The notes: a model not told the origin generated them from the letters alone. Shown: positions 9,610 to 17,553, counted from the first letter of the stretch. The stretch: DNA of 64,000 nucleotides from Methanobacteriota archaeon (GCA_020347645.1 CP070736.1:6451-70450); one strand, 5' to 3'. Translations and numbers: made by a program.

Positions 9610-10743
9610 ATGTCTGAGATCCCTGGCTTCTTCAACGGAAAGGGGTATTCCCAGTCATTGGTCAAGGCCGCGAAGGCGGCTGTCAAAGATGTTCTCGCCG
9701 TAAGAAAGGACGAACACCTCCTGATTATTTCGAACCCCAATCCAGGAACGCGCGACATAGCAATGGCATTGTTTGATGCATCTTTAGGGGCCAAAGCATC
9801 CCCAGTCCTGGCATTTCAAGGGGAGAAAGGGCAATTCGATTACACTGAGGATGAGATCATCAAGGCGCTGTCCGCCGAGCCCCAGATCGTGCTATCTATA
9901 AGCAAAGACAGATTGGGTTTGGATCGATACGGTCTGAAGCACGGTTACGAAGGCAAACGACGCTATGACAACCTGTTCGATATGCTGCATTGCGAAGGGA
10001 AGATGAGGGCTTTTTGGTCTCCAGGGATCACAACCGACACGTTTTCCAGAACTGTAGCGATTGACTACGGAGTGCTCAGAAGCGATTGCAGGCGCCTGGT
10101 AAGGGAGATGAAAAAGGCGGAGTCGATCAGGGTGACATCTCCCTCGGGGACAGACATCACGGTAGGCGTCAAGGGTCGCACCCCTAAGCCAGATGATGGC
10201 GATTTCAGACGTCCTGGAGGTGCTGGCAACATCCCATCGGGTGAGGTGTACGTTTCGCCAACGATTGGAACGACGGACGGGGTGATAGTCTTTGATGGAT
10301 CAATAGCTCTGAACGATGGCGAGGTCATGATACGAAAGCCCATAGTCGTCGAGGTGAAGAAAGGATTTGCGAAGTCTGTCTCTGGTGGTTCAGAAGCTGA
10401 TATGCTACGGAAATCGATTCGCTCAGGCGAGCTCAATGCCAATAGACTGGGCAGAAACGGGGAAATAAAGGCATCTCAAGCCAGGAAGTATCATCGAAAT
10501 GCAAGAGCTATTGGAGAGCTCGGTGTAGGGTTGAATAGAAAGGCGAAGATAGTGGCAAATATGCTGGAGGACGAGAAGGTTTACGGGACTTGCCACTTCG
10601 CGATCGGCAGCAACTATGACGGAGACGCGGACGCTCTGATTCATCTTGATGGTATCGTCAAGTCTCCAACCATAACACTTGTCGGTGGCAAGTACCGCAG
10701 CGAGAAACAAGTAATGGCCAGCGGTAAGCTCGTCTGGGATTGA
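9610..10743 (+). CDS. Peptidase M29 family aminopeptidase
   Basis: GNIPSGEVY, IGELGVGLN, LEDEKVYGTCHFAIGSN and IHLDG motifs. Confidence 0.9.
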   Translation: MSEIPGFFNGKGYSQSLVKAAKAAVKDVLAVRKDEHLLIISNPNPGTRDIAMALFDASLGAKASPVLAFQGEKGQFDYTEDEIIKALSAEPQIVLSISKDRLGLDRYGLKHGYEGKRRYDNLFDMLHCEGKMRAFWSPGITTDTFSRTVAIDYGVLRSDCRRLVREMKKAESIRVTSPSGTDITVGVKGRTPKPDDGDFRRPGGAGNIPSGEVYVSPTIGTTDGVIVFDGSIALNDGEVMIRKPIVVEVKKGFAKSVSGGSEADMLRKSIRSGELNANRLGRNGEIKASQARKYHRNARAIGELGVGLNRKAKIVANMLEDEKVYGTCHFAIGSNYDGDADALIHLDGIVKSPTITLVGGKYRSEKQVMASGKLVWD

Positions 10744-10780
10744 CTGAAGTTATTAGTGCTTTATCGCCCTTCACATACCG

Positions 10781-11569
10781 ATGGAGGAGATAATCAGACC
10801 TGCCGAAGTCGATGTAGATCGGTTCGATAGACCTCGTCGCGTAGGCTGGCTGGACCTGGATGCCGTGTTCCGTGCCAAGCTGCTCATGGTTGGGGCGGGA
10901 GCTCTCGGAAACGAGGTCGGCAAGAATCTGGTGCTCTCGGGCTTCAGAGATATCACAATTGTGGATATGGATAGAGTCGCCATGTCCAACCTCAGCAGGT
11001 GCATGTTCTTCGAGAAGGGTGACGCAGAAGGGTCTATTCTCAAGGCCGAGGCGTTGCGCGATGGTATGAACTCCTTGGCGGACAAAGGCGCTGTAAAGGC
11101 AGTAGCATGTTCAATCGAGGAGTGTTCCACCGACCTTTTTGAGAAGAGTACGGCCGTTCTCGGATGTTTGGACAACATAATCGCAAGGATGTACACCAAC
11201 GCCCAATCGTACCATGCAGGCAAGCCGTACATTGACGGAGGAATGGAAGGATTCGCCGGAAGGGTCATGATAGTCCGACCGCCCGGCGGCGCATGCCTGC
11301 AATGCGGAATGAATCGATCTCATGCGAAGATGGCTAACCTGCGATTCAGCTGCACTGGAAGCGAAACCACCCTCTACGAGCCCAGGTTGGCTTCGGAGAT
11401 TACGACAACAAGCCTCCTAGCTAGCGTCATGGTGCGGGAAATCATCAAACACGTGTCTGGGAGAAACGATCTCATGCTATCGAATGCATTCTTCTACGAC
11501 GGTAGGACGAACCGCGCCGAGGAGTTCGAAGTACCTCTGAACCCTGAGTGCCCGGTGCATCTCCAGTGA
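10781..11569 (+). CDS. Ubiquitin-activating enzyme E1-like (ThiF/UBA family)
   Basis: VGAGALGNE nucleotide loop, D-x-D-x4-SNLSR, CLDNxxAR, IDGG, CLQC (C172/C175) plus C-terminal CPVH Zn ligands, and candidate catalytic Cys191 (FSCT). Confidence 0.93.
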   Translation: MEEIIRPAEVDVDRFDRPRRVGWLDLDAVFRAKLLMVGAGALGNEVGKNLVLSGFRDITIVDMDRVAMSNLSRCMFFEKGDAEGSILKAEALRDGMNSLADKGAVKAVACSIEECSTDLFEKSTAVLGCLDNIIARMYTNAQSYHAGKPYIDGGMEGFAGRVMIVRPPGGACLQCGMNRSHAKMANLRFSCTGSETTLYEPRLASEITTTSLLASVMVREIIKHVSGRNDLMLSNAFFYDGRTNRAEEFEVPLNPECPVHLQ

Positions 11570-11623
11570 GCAGCTACAGGTATCCGAAACCGTTAAGACA
11601 TCAGGCACAGTCACAGGCTGCTG

Positions 11624-11872
11624 GTGGTTCTTCTGCCCTTCAGGATCAAGGTCAAGAACGCGGAGACGGGCGCGACCGTGGAAATGGAGCTTGAGCAAAA
11701 CAACACTGTCGATGAAGTGATAGAGAGTGCCGCAACCTTCTGGAACAAAGAGATGGGAACCTACGTTGTGAGAAAGGGCAAGAAGGTGCTGAGGGGTACT
11801 CAGGCGCTGTCCGATGCCGGTGTGAGGGAGGACGACATGCTCGAGCTAGTTCCAGACCCAGAGGGGGGATAG
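11624..11872 (+). CDS. Ubiquitin-like beta-grasp protein with C-terminal diglycine
   Basis: About 80 aa. Ub-like pattern RIKVK..TG.TVEMEL...TVDEV, GKKVL, LSDAGV, LELV, ending PDPEGG-stop. Lies between E1 and E2. Start is GTG 11624 or possibly CTG 11633. Confidence 0.9.
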   Translation: MVLLPFRIKVKNAETGATVEMELEQNNTVDEVIESAATFWNKEMGTYVVRKGKKVLRGTQALSDAGVREDDMLELVPDPEGG

Positions 11873-12406
11873 TTGACTGCCGCCCTTCCTCTTGACATTC
11901 TGAGAATCCGGCTCAAGAACGAAGTGGAGACTTGTCGACGAGAGCTCTCTCATCACATATCGGTCTCTGACAACTCGCTGACTTCATTCCCCGTTCTGAT
12001 TGGGGTTACCTTTCTGCGTGTTCCAGGGCCATCGTGGGAGGATGGAAGAATCGTGCACAGGTACGCCCATGGAATGAGCTTGTTGATTACGCAGGAATAC
12101 CCAGCAGAAACACCAATAGTCAAATGGCGAACCCCGATCTTCCACCCTAATATAATGCCGCCTGAGGATGGCGGATACGTGTGTACAAAACTTCTTGAGA
12201 ATTGGGGGTTCAACTCGACGCTGCTGTCGTTCATAAGAGGAGTGGAGTGGCTCTTGATAAACCCGAACCCAGCCAACCCATTCGGCAACGACACATGCAC
12301 GCGTGCGGCTGCATATTTCAACAAGAGAGGGTACAAGCCTCCTTCGACTATCGAAAGGGACGTTGGCAGGATAAGGATAATCGGTGAGGCCCGTGACTCG
12401 GCCTAG
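11873..12406 (+). CDS. Ubiquitin-conjugating enzyme E2 (UBC fold)
   Basis: EYP..TP....TPIFHPNI, catalytic Cys104 (VCTKLL), conserved Trp, LLINPNPANP. TTG start directly abuts the Ubl stop. Confidence 0.93.
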   Translation: MTAALPLDILRIRLKNEVETCRRELSHHISVSDNSLTSFPVLIGVTFLRVPGPSWEDGRIVHRYAHGMSLLITQEYPAETPIVKWRTPIFHPNIMPPEDGGYVCTKLLENWGFNSTLLSFIRGVEWLLINPNPANPFGNDTCTRAAAYFNKRGYKPPSTIERDVGRIRIIGEARDSA

Positions 12407-13043
12407 AATCGTCGGAGAGACGAAAAGGCCAGTTCTTGAGCTACGGCCACCTTCTGCTACCAGACCGCACGAATGGTTGTCCGAAGACGCAGAGAGACGC
12501 TATAATGAGATCTGCACAACTGGAAGAGTCTTTGATATCTACTTTTCGTCCGTCGCAGAGAACAAGATACGGGAGCAGGCAGCAGGGGCGGCACCGATGA
12601 GACATGAAGTCATGGGGTTGTTGCTGGGCGAGGTCCGAATTTGGAAAAGCGAGATATACACTGTGGTAAGGGGTGTCAGTACGACAGACCTGAGAAGCTC
12701 ATCCGCAAATGTGAAGTTCGACCCCGAGGCTCTACCGAGACTATTCATCGATCTAGACTCTGCAAGATTCGATTATGTTGTAGTCGGCTGGTACCACTCG
12801 CATCCTGGGCACACGTGCTTCATGTCCAGGACCGATCTGAATACACAGCGATCCATATTCACTCAACCCTACCATTTTGCCCTGGTGATAGATCCGATCA
12901 ACATGGAAATCGAGGCGTTTAAAACCAGGGGAAATGGTTACGTCAGCGTTCCCTTCGCGATCGTGGATGGCGCGACTCTGAGGACGAGAAGGCTGAAGGC
13001 AGCGGACAGCCCAGCAGAACGCCAGATCGACGCTACGACTTGA
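12384..13043 (+). CDS. JAB/MPN+ (JAMM) metalloprotease, Rpn11/CSN5-like deubiquitinase
   Basis: EVMGLLLG and VVGWYHSHPGHTCFMSRTD (HxHx7Sx2D), TQ, ALVIDP. Confidence 0.93.
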   Translation: MRPVTRPRIVGETKRPVLELRPPSATRPHEWLSEDAERRYNEICTTGRVFDIYFSSVAENKIREQAAGAAPMRHEVMGLLLGEVRIWKSEIYTVVRGVSTTDLRSSSANVKFDPEALPRLFIDLDSARFDYVVVGWYHSHPGHTCFMSRTDLNTQRSIFTQPYHFALVIDPINMEIEAFKTRGNGYVSVPFAIVDGATLRTRRLKAADSPAERQIDATT

Positions 13044-13106
13044 TATATTTGACCGCAAAAGCTATTCAGCAGTCGGTACCATCTAGGACATAGGAGGGGG
13101 AGGGGG

Positions 13107-14237
13107 GTGAACCCCAGATTCCCGAATATCGTCTTCGTGGCAATCGCATGCGTCATCATGACGACCACGGCGTTCTCAGAATTCAGGAGTGCCGGCTCAG
13201 AGGATTACGCTCTATTCGTAAGCGTCGATGATGCGAAAGTATGTTTCATCTCCGGCAACTTCAGCGTGGCAATAACTCGCGATTGGCCTCGGGTGATATT
13301 CAAACACGAGGAGGATCCATTCAGCCCGACATTCGAAGTCAGCTGCCCGCGCATGTACGGGCACAACGACACCGATGGCGACGGTCTCTTTGACCTTTCG
13401 GAGGCCACTTACACAATGTTCCTGGACTCAAATCACGTGGAGTGGAACATGACTTCGATAGAGCAGGGTTTCAATAACGAGCTGGGAGAATACGCAGCCT
13501 TTGGAATGGGGTCTTCGCTTAATGCCTACTTGGTTGAGAACAACGAAACGCTGGTTCTGTCTGACTGGGCGAGTCTGATGTTTTGGTTCTCTATCTCGGA
13601 GAAATCCGCTGAGTATACGAATTCTATGGGTTCCTATGTGATAGACGGTGGAACCCAGCTCAGGATGAACTTCTCGCTTTCTGTGAAAGACTACATCGAA
13701 ATGGACGCTCTCGTCCTTGAGCGGTTCTTGCAGGGCGGGGGATCAACCAATATGTTTCACCTAATCGAATCGACAGGCGACGATGAAGCCTACGTAACGA
13801 AGGTATCTGGAACGATTGACGAAAGAGAGTCCGAGGAGGCTATCATACATGAGTTCAGCTGCACGTCAGAACCTATGCAGGAGATACTCTTCGCAAAGGA
13901 GGATGGCATCGCCCAGGCGTTCTACCGATGGGATTCAAAGGCAATTTCTGATTATGCAGATAACACTTCGATATCTGACCTCGAATCATCCTATTTCACT
14001 ACAGGAAATGGTATGATGCTTCACTCTCGGCTCGAGATTGACAACCGCACGTTACAGGTCGCTCACGAGGCGAGCGTTGGATTGCTTGAAGCGGGATTCG
14101 TCGGCAGTGTGAGCGACTGGATTCGAGAATACTCTTGGTCGGTGCTGATTGTCTGCAGCGTGGCAATTGCACTAGTACTGATTCCGGTCTTCCTCCGTAG
14201 AGGACGAAAGGGACCACGCGAAAAGGAATCGAAGTGA
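13107..14237 (+). CDS. Hypothetical cell-surface protein with C-terminal membrane anchor
   Basis: Strong SD (AGGAGG), signal peptide, DTDGDGLFD Ca-binding-like loop, C-terminal TM helix and basic tail. Confidence 0.75.
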   Translation: MNPRFPNIVFVAIACVIMTTTAFSEFRSAGSEDYALFVSVDDAKVCFISGNFSVAITRDWPRVIFKHEEDPFSPTFEVSCPRMYGHNDTDGDGLFDLSEATYTMFLDSNHVEWNMTSIEQGFNNELGEYAAFGMGSSLNAYLVENNETLVLSDWASLMFWFSISEKSAEYTNSMGSYVIDGGTQLRMNFSLSVKDYIEMDALVLERFLQGGGSTNMFHLIESTGDDEAYVTKVSGTIDERESEEAIIHEFSCTSEPMQEILFAKEDGIAQAFYRWDSKAISDYADNTSISDLESSYFTTGNGMMLHSRLEIDNRTLQVAHEASVGLLEAGFVGSVSDWIREYSWSVLIVCSVAIALVLIPVFLRRGRKGPREKESK

Positions 14238-14249
14238 TGCCCAGGGTCG

Positions 14250-14786
14250 TCAGACCCATATAGCATGTCTCTTGCGCATTGATCCTTCGCTCTGGCCAAG
14301 CTTCTGCATCAATTGGGCGACTATGCTGTCGAAATAGATCATAGTGGCATCTTCGAATAGTGTGCCAAGTGGTGCGAGCTTCTTCCGATCTTCGTCCTTC
14401 CTCGGCTTCAAATGAATGACCAGATTGGATGCAGATGCCAGCTTTGAATGGTCATTGGAGGTGATGCTGATTACGCGCGCGCCCACCCTCCTCACGATGT
14501 TGGCAGTCTGAACGCAGGACATGGTTTCTCCGGTATGGGAGACAATGATAACCAAATGCTTCTCCTCGACTATCGGTGTTACAGTCTCTCCAACGAAGAA
14601 GACCTCCAATCCCATCTGGACCAGTCTTATGGCAAACGCTTTCGCTATCAATCCAGATCGTCCAACGCCGTAGATGAATATTCGCGGTGCTGAGACTATC
14701 ATATCGACCAGTCTGTCGCTGTCCGAAGAGTCGTTTCTAAGAGCATCACGAATGTTCTCAATGATGTACTCCTGACTTTCCTTCAT
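14250..14786 (-). CDS. hxlB: 6-phospho-3-hexuloisomerase (SIS domain)
   Basis: IYGVGRSG, SHTGET and APLGTLFE motifs. Confidence 0.88.
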   Translation of the reverse strand: MKESQEYIIENIRDALRNDSSDSDRLVDMIVSAPRIFIYGVGRSGLIAKAFAIRLVQMGLEVFFVGETVTPIVEEKHLVIIVSHTGETMSCVQTANIVRRVGARVISITSNDHSKLASASNLVIHLKPRKDEDRKKLAPLGTLFEDATMIYFDSIVAQLMQKLGQSEGSMRKRHAIWV

Positions 14787-15826
14787 TTGGATCCCGTCTT
14801 GCTCTTCTTGGAGTTGCCCTTCATCTCCCTCGATACTTTCTTTGTCAAGACCCGTTCCAGTATTACCTTCATGTACATCGCATCATGTTCAAGTAGAGGC
14901 GAACTCGAGATGACAGTAATAGGTCGGTTTCGGTCGACTAGCGATTCTGCGAGAGGCTCAAATCGAAGGTCGCCCTTCTTGATTGAAGTGAACCTCTTCT
15001 CATTCCCCCCTTCATGCTCGACTCCGGAAAAGTGTGCGTATATTCCACCAGTGCAGCAATCCTCCAGAGTGTCGATGAGCTTGCTGAAGTGCTTCGGCTC
15101 TCGCAGTGCACCGTTCTCGCGCGAATGGTAGTGTGCGAAGTTTACTACTGGCGCCAGCTCCCTGGAATCCTTGCACAATCTCGATACCTCGCTCAACGAG
15201 CCGAATACCTCCTGTCTCCCGCTCAATTCGAGTCCTATGGGAGTTTTAATGCCGTGCCGACGGTACCATTTCGCAAGTTCTGCCAGACGCTCCTTGGCCC
15301 TCTTGAATGCTGTTCTGGGCGTAACATCCCCATACAAACCGACATGAGTCACAACCATCCTTGCGCCGAGCTCGCGGGCGATCAGCCCTGCCCATCGGAT
15401 TGAATCCATGCTCTTGAAGCACAACTCGCCCTCCCCAATCACATCCATGTAGTATGGAGTATGGATTGCCAGTTGGACATCTAGTTCCTCGGCCATAGTT
15501 TTGAGACTCCTGAGCTCTGAATAACTCCTCGAAATGCCACTCGATAACACAACGAGCGTGTCACCGTTCCTAATCGGTTCATCGAGGTCGGATAGGGTCT
15601 CCTCTTTTGATCCCTTCTTACGGATTATCTCTATCACCATGTCCGTGGTGAGTTCCCTTGGTGCGTGACCGACTTCCTCCGGATCGGCTGGCCTTTCCTG
15701 GACGTTCGCCCTCACCAGCTGGCCTTCCATCGCCGTCAATCCTAGATTGTGGACATCTTCTATTCCATCCCTCAGAGTCCTTCCTTTGCACGAAAGCGGA
15801 ATGCCGGCTGGCCCAAAACGAATCAT
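14783..15826 (-). CDS. Endonuclease IV / AP-endonuclease family TIM-barrel protein
   Basis: IRFGPAGIP, IHTPYY, LELSGRQEVFGS, VNFAHYHSR and HFSGVE motifs. Confidence 0.82.
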   Translation of the reverse strand: MIRFGPAGIPLSCKGRTLRDGIEDVHNLGLTAMEGQLVRANVQERPADPEEVGHAPRELTTDMVIEIIRKKGSKEETLSDLDEPIRNGDTLVVLSSGISRSYSELRSLKTMAEELDVQLAIHTPYYMDVIGEGELCFKSMDSIRWAGLIARELGARMVVTHVGLYGDVTPRTAFKRAKERLAELAKWYRRHGIKTPIGLELSGRQEVFGSLSEVSRLCKDSRELAPVVNFAHYHSRENGALREPKHFSKLIDTLEDCCTGGIYAHFSGVEHEGGNEKRFTSIKKGDLRFEPLAESLVDRNRPITVISSSPLLEHDAMYMKVILERVLTKKVSREMKGNSKKSKTGSK

Positions 15827-16014
15827 ATCCTCAAATTACTCCTAGACTGTCTGGGTTCTCCGAGTATTGCATAGGCAATATATATCTTCTGTTGGCTTCA
15901 CGAACGCCGTAGCACTCGCAGAAACAAGAATCGTTTATGCAACATTCAGATCTGTCGCGTTCTTGATGGTTGTTCCTGGCGGCATCTGGCCAGACAACTG
16001 GATGCATCCAAAGC

Positions 16015-16022
16015 TTTATAAA
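16015..16022 (+). promoter_or_regulatory. Putative TATA box of the ribosomal protein operon
   Basis: TTTATAAA preceded by an A-rich BRE-like stretch, upstream of rpl18e. Confidence 0.55.
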
Positions 16023-16070
16023 TGGAACGCACATTAAGTCGCCTGCTCTCTGATGTCGGAGGAGTCAGAA

Positions 16071-16436
16071 ATGGGAAGAATCAGCAAGAAGACCAACCCC
16101 AACCTCTTGGACCTGATAAAGCGTCTAAAGGATGCTGGTAGGATCCATGAGGCACCAGTCTGGCGAGACATCGCGTTGAGGCTTGAAGGCCCCGCTAGCA
16201 ACTGGGCTGAGGTCAACGTCGGTAGGCTTGACAGATACGCCAACGATGATGAAGTCATCGTCATTCCAGGCAAACTGCTGGGTGCGGGTGAGATAAGCAA
16301 GAAGGTGACAGTTGCAGCGTTCAACGCGTCAGGCAAGGCTAGGATGAAAGTCACAGGGGCCGGAGGCATGAACTTGTCAATCGAGGAACTCATCGAGAAG
16401 AACCCAAAGGGGTCAAGAGTCAGAATTATGGGGTGA
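16071..16436 (+). CDS. rpl18e: 50S ribosomal protein L18e (eL18)
   Basis: KTNPNL, EVNVGRL and VIPGKLLGAG motifs. GGAGG SD upstream of ATG 16071. Confidence 0.95.
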   Translation: MGRISKKTNPNLLDLIKRLKDAGRIHEAPVWRDIALRLEGPASNWAEVNVGRLDRYANDDEVIVIPGKLLGAGEISKKVTVAAFNASGKARMKVTGAGGMNLSIEELIEKNPKGSRVRIMG

Positions 16437-16440
16437 TTCA

Positions 16441-16854
16441 CTGGCGGTTATCGATGCACAGGAACAGATTCTCGGAAGGCTTTGCACCCATGTGGCCAAG
16501 CGACTGTTGAGCGGTGAAGAGATTACTATCGTGAACGCAGAGAAGGCAAGAATATCAGGAAATAGAGCTCAAATCGTGGCACACTATAAACAGAGATGGG
16601 CTCGCGGCAAGAACTTCAGCGGACCGAAATATCCGCGCGCGCCTGATATGATACTCAAACGCTCAATCAGGGGAATGCTCGATTATCGCAAGTCCTCGGG
16701 GAAGCAAGCTTTGAAGCGCCTGAAAGTATACGTCGGCGTTCCAGCAGAATTGAAGAACATCAAAGTTGAGGACTCAGGCGGAGCCAAGAGACCCCCAGCC
16801 AGATCGATCTACCTCAGCGAAGTTTCCAGAGAACTTGGTTCGGGGAGGCTGTGA
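16441..16854 (+). CDS. rpl13: 50S ribosomal protein L13 (uL13), probable CTG start
   Basis: (M)[14 protein letters not shown]-terminus, IVNAEKA, and [12 protein letters not shown]. Confidence 0.93.
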   Translation: MAVIDAQEQILGRLCTHVAKRLLSGEEITIVNAEKARISGNRAQIVAHYKQRWARGKNFSGPKYPRAPDMILKRSIRGMLDYRKSSGKQALKRLKVYVGVPAELKNIKVEDSGGAKRPPARSIYLSEVSRELGSGRL

Positions 16855-16858
16855 TAGA

Positions 16859-17257
16859 ATGAAGGTCATCGTCGTCAGCGGCAAGAGGAAGAGCGCGGTT
16901 GCCCGCGCGACAGTCAGGAAGGGCAAAGGTTTGGTTCGCATCAACAGCGTCCCTATCGAGATCTACGAACCCTACCTTGCTAGAGTCAAAATAATGGAGC
17001 CTTTGACATTGGCAGGGAAGAAGACGGCCAAAGTTGACATCGATGTCAACGTCAGCGGTGGAGGATTCATGGGACAGGCCGCTGCATCAAGAACAGCAAT
17101 CGCAAAAGGGCTGGTTCAATTCCTCGGGGATGAAGGACTCCAGGAAATGTACTCAAAATACGATCGGTCTCTGCTAGTTTCTGATCCGAGAAGAAAGCTC
17201 CCCAAGAAGCCGCTGGGAAGAGGAGCCCGAAAGAAGCGTCAGAAATCGTACAGGTGA
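16859..17257 (+). CDS. rps9: 30S ribosomal protein S9 (uS9)
   Basis: [18 protein letters not shown] and [11 protein letters not shown] motifs. Confidence 0.97.
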   Translation: MKVIVVSGKRKSAVARATVRKGKGLVRINSVPIEIYEPYLARVKIMEPLTLAGKKTAKVDIDVNVSGGGFMGQAAASRTAIAKGLVQFLGDEGLQEMYSKYDRSLLVSDPRRKLPKKPLGRGARKKRQKSYR

Positions 17258-17263
17258 TGAACA

Positions 17264-17452
17264 ATGATTGTACCCGTTCGGTGCTTCACATGTGGCAAGG
17301 TGGTAGGCAGCGCTTTCGAAGAGTTCATTCGGAGGACAGAAATGGGCGAATCCCCAAAGGAAGTGCTTGACGCTCTTCGCGTCGAGAGGTACTGCTGCAG
17401 AAGGATAATTCTCACGCATGCGGACCTGATAGATGAGGTCGCGTCGTATTAG
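17264..17452 (+). CDS. rpoN: DNA-directed RNA polymerase subunit N (Rpo10)
   Basis: PVRCFTCGK and RYCCRR motifs. Confidence 0.97.
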   Translation: MIVPVRCFTCGKVVGSAFEEFIRRTEMGESPKEVLDALRVERYCCRRIILTHADLIDEVASY

Positions 17453-17480
17453 GCGCATCCCACAAACTCGTTCCTCAAAG

Positions 17481-17553
17481 GGGCCCGTGGGGTAGCTTGG
17501 AATCCTTCCAGCTTGGGGTGCTGGTAACTCGCGTTCAAATCGCGGCGGGCCCA
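17481..17553 (+). tRNA. tRNA-Pro(GGG)
   Basis: Acceptor GGGCCCG/CGGGCCC, anticodon arm CCAGC-TTGGGGT-GCTGG, T-loop TTCAAAT. Conserved position after rpoN. Confidence 0.93.

Noticed and set aside
10781-11872. Reading E1+Ubl as a ThiF/ThiS or MoeB/MoaD sulfur-transfer pair, or as plain SAMPylation
   Set aside because: The adjacent intact E2 and Rpn11-like JAMM, and the absence of thiamine or molybdopterin biosynthesis genes at the locus, favour a conjugation cascade. Not excluded without biochemistry.
11570-13106. Search for a small RING/E3 gene in or beside the Ub operon
   Set aside because: Intergenic gaps are only about 60 nt, and I saw no C3HC4/C3H2C3 pattern in the ORF-track translations of this region. 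The two small Zn proteins elsewhere have only four Cys in two CxxC pairs.
15831-16034. 67-aa minus-strand ORF and a weak hairpin between the EndoIV-like gene and rpl18e
   Set aside because: No recognisable motif, and no tRNA cloverleaf found. The region is explained by divergent promoters.
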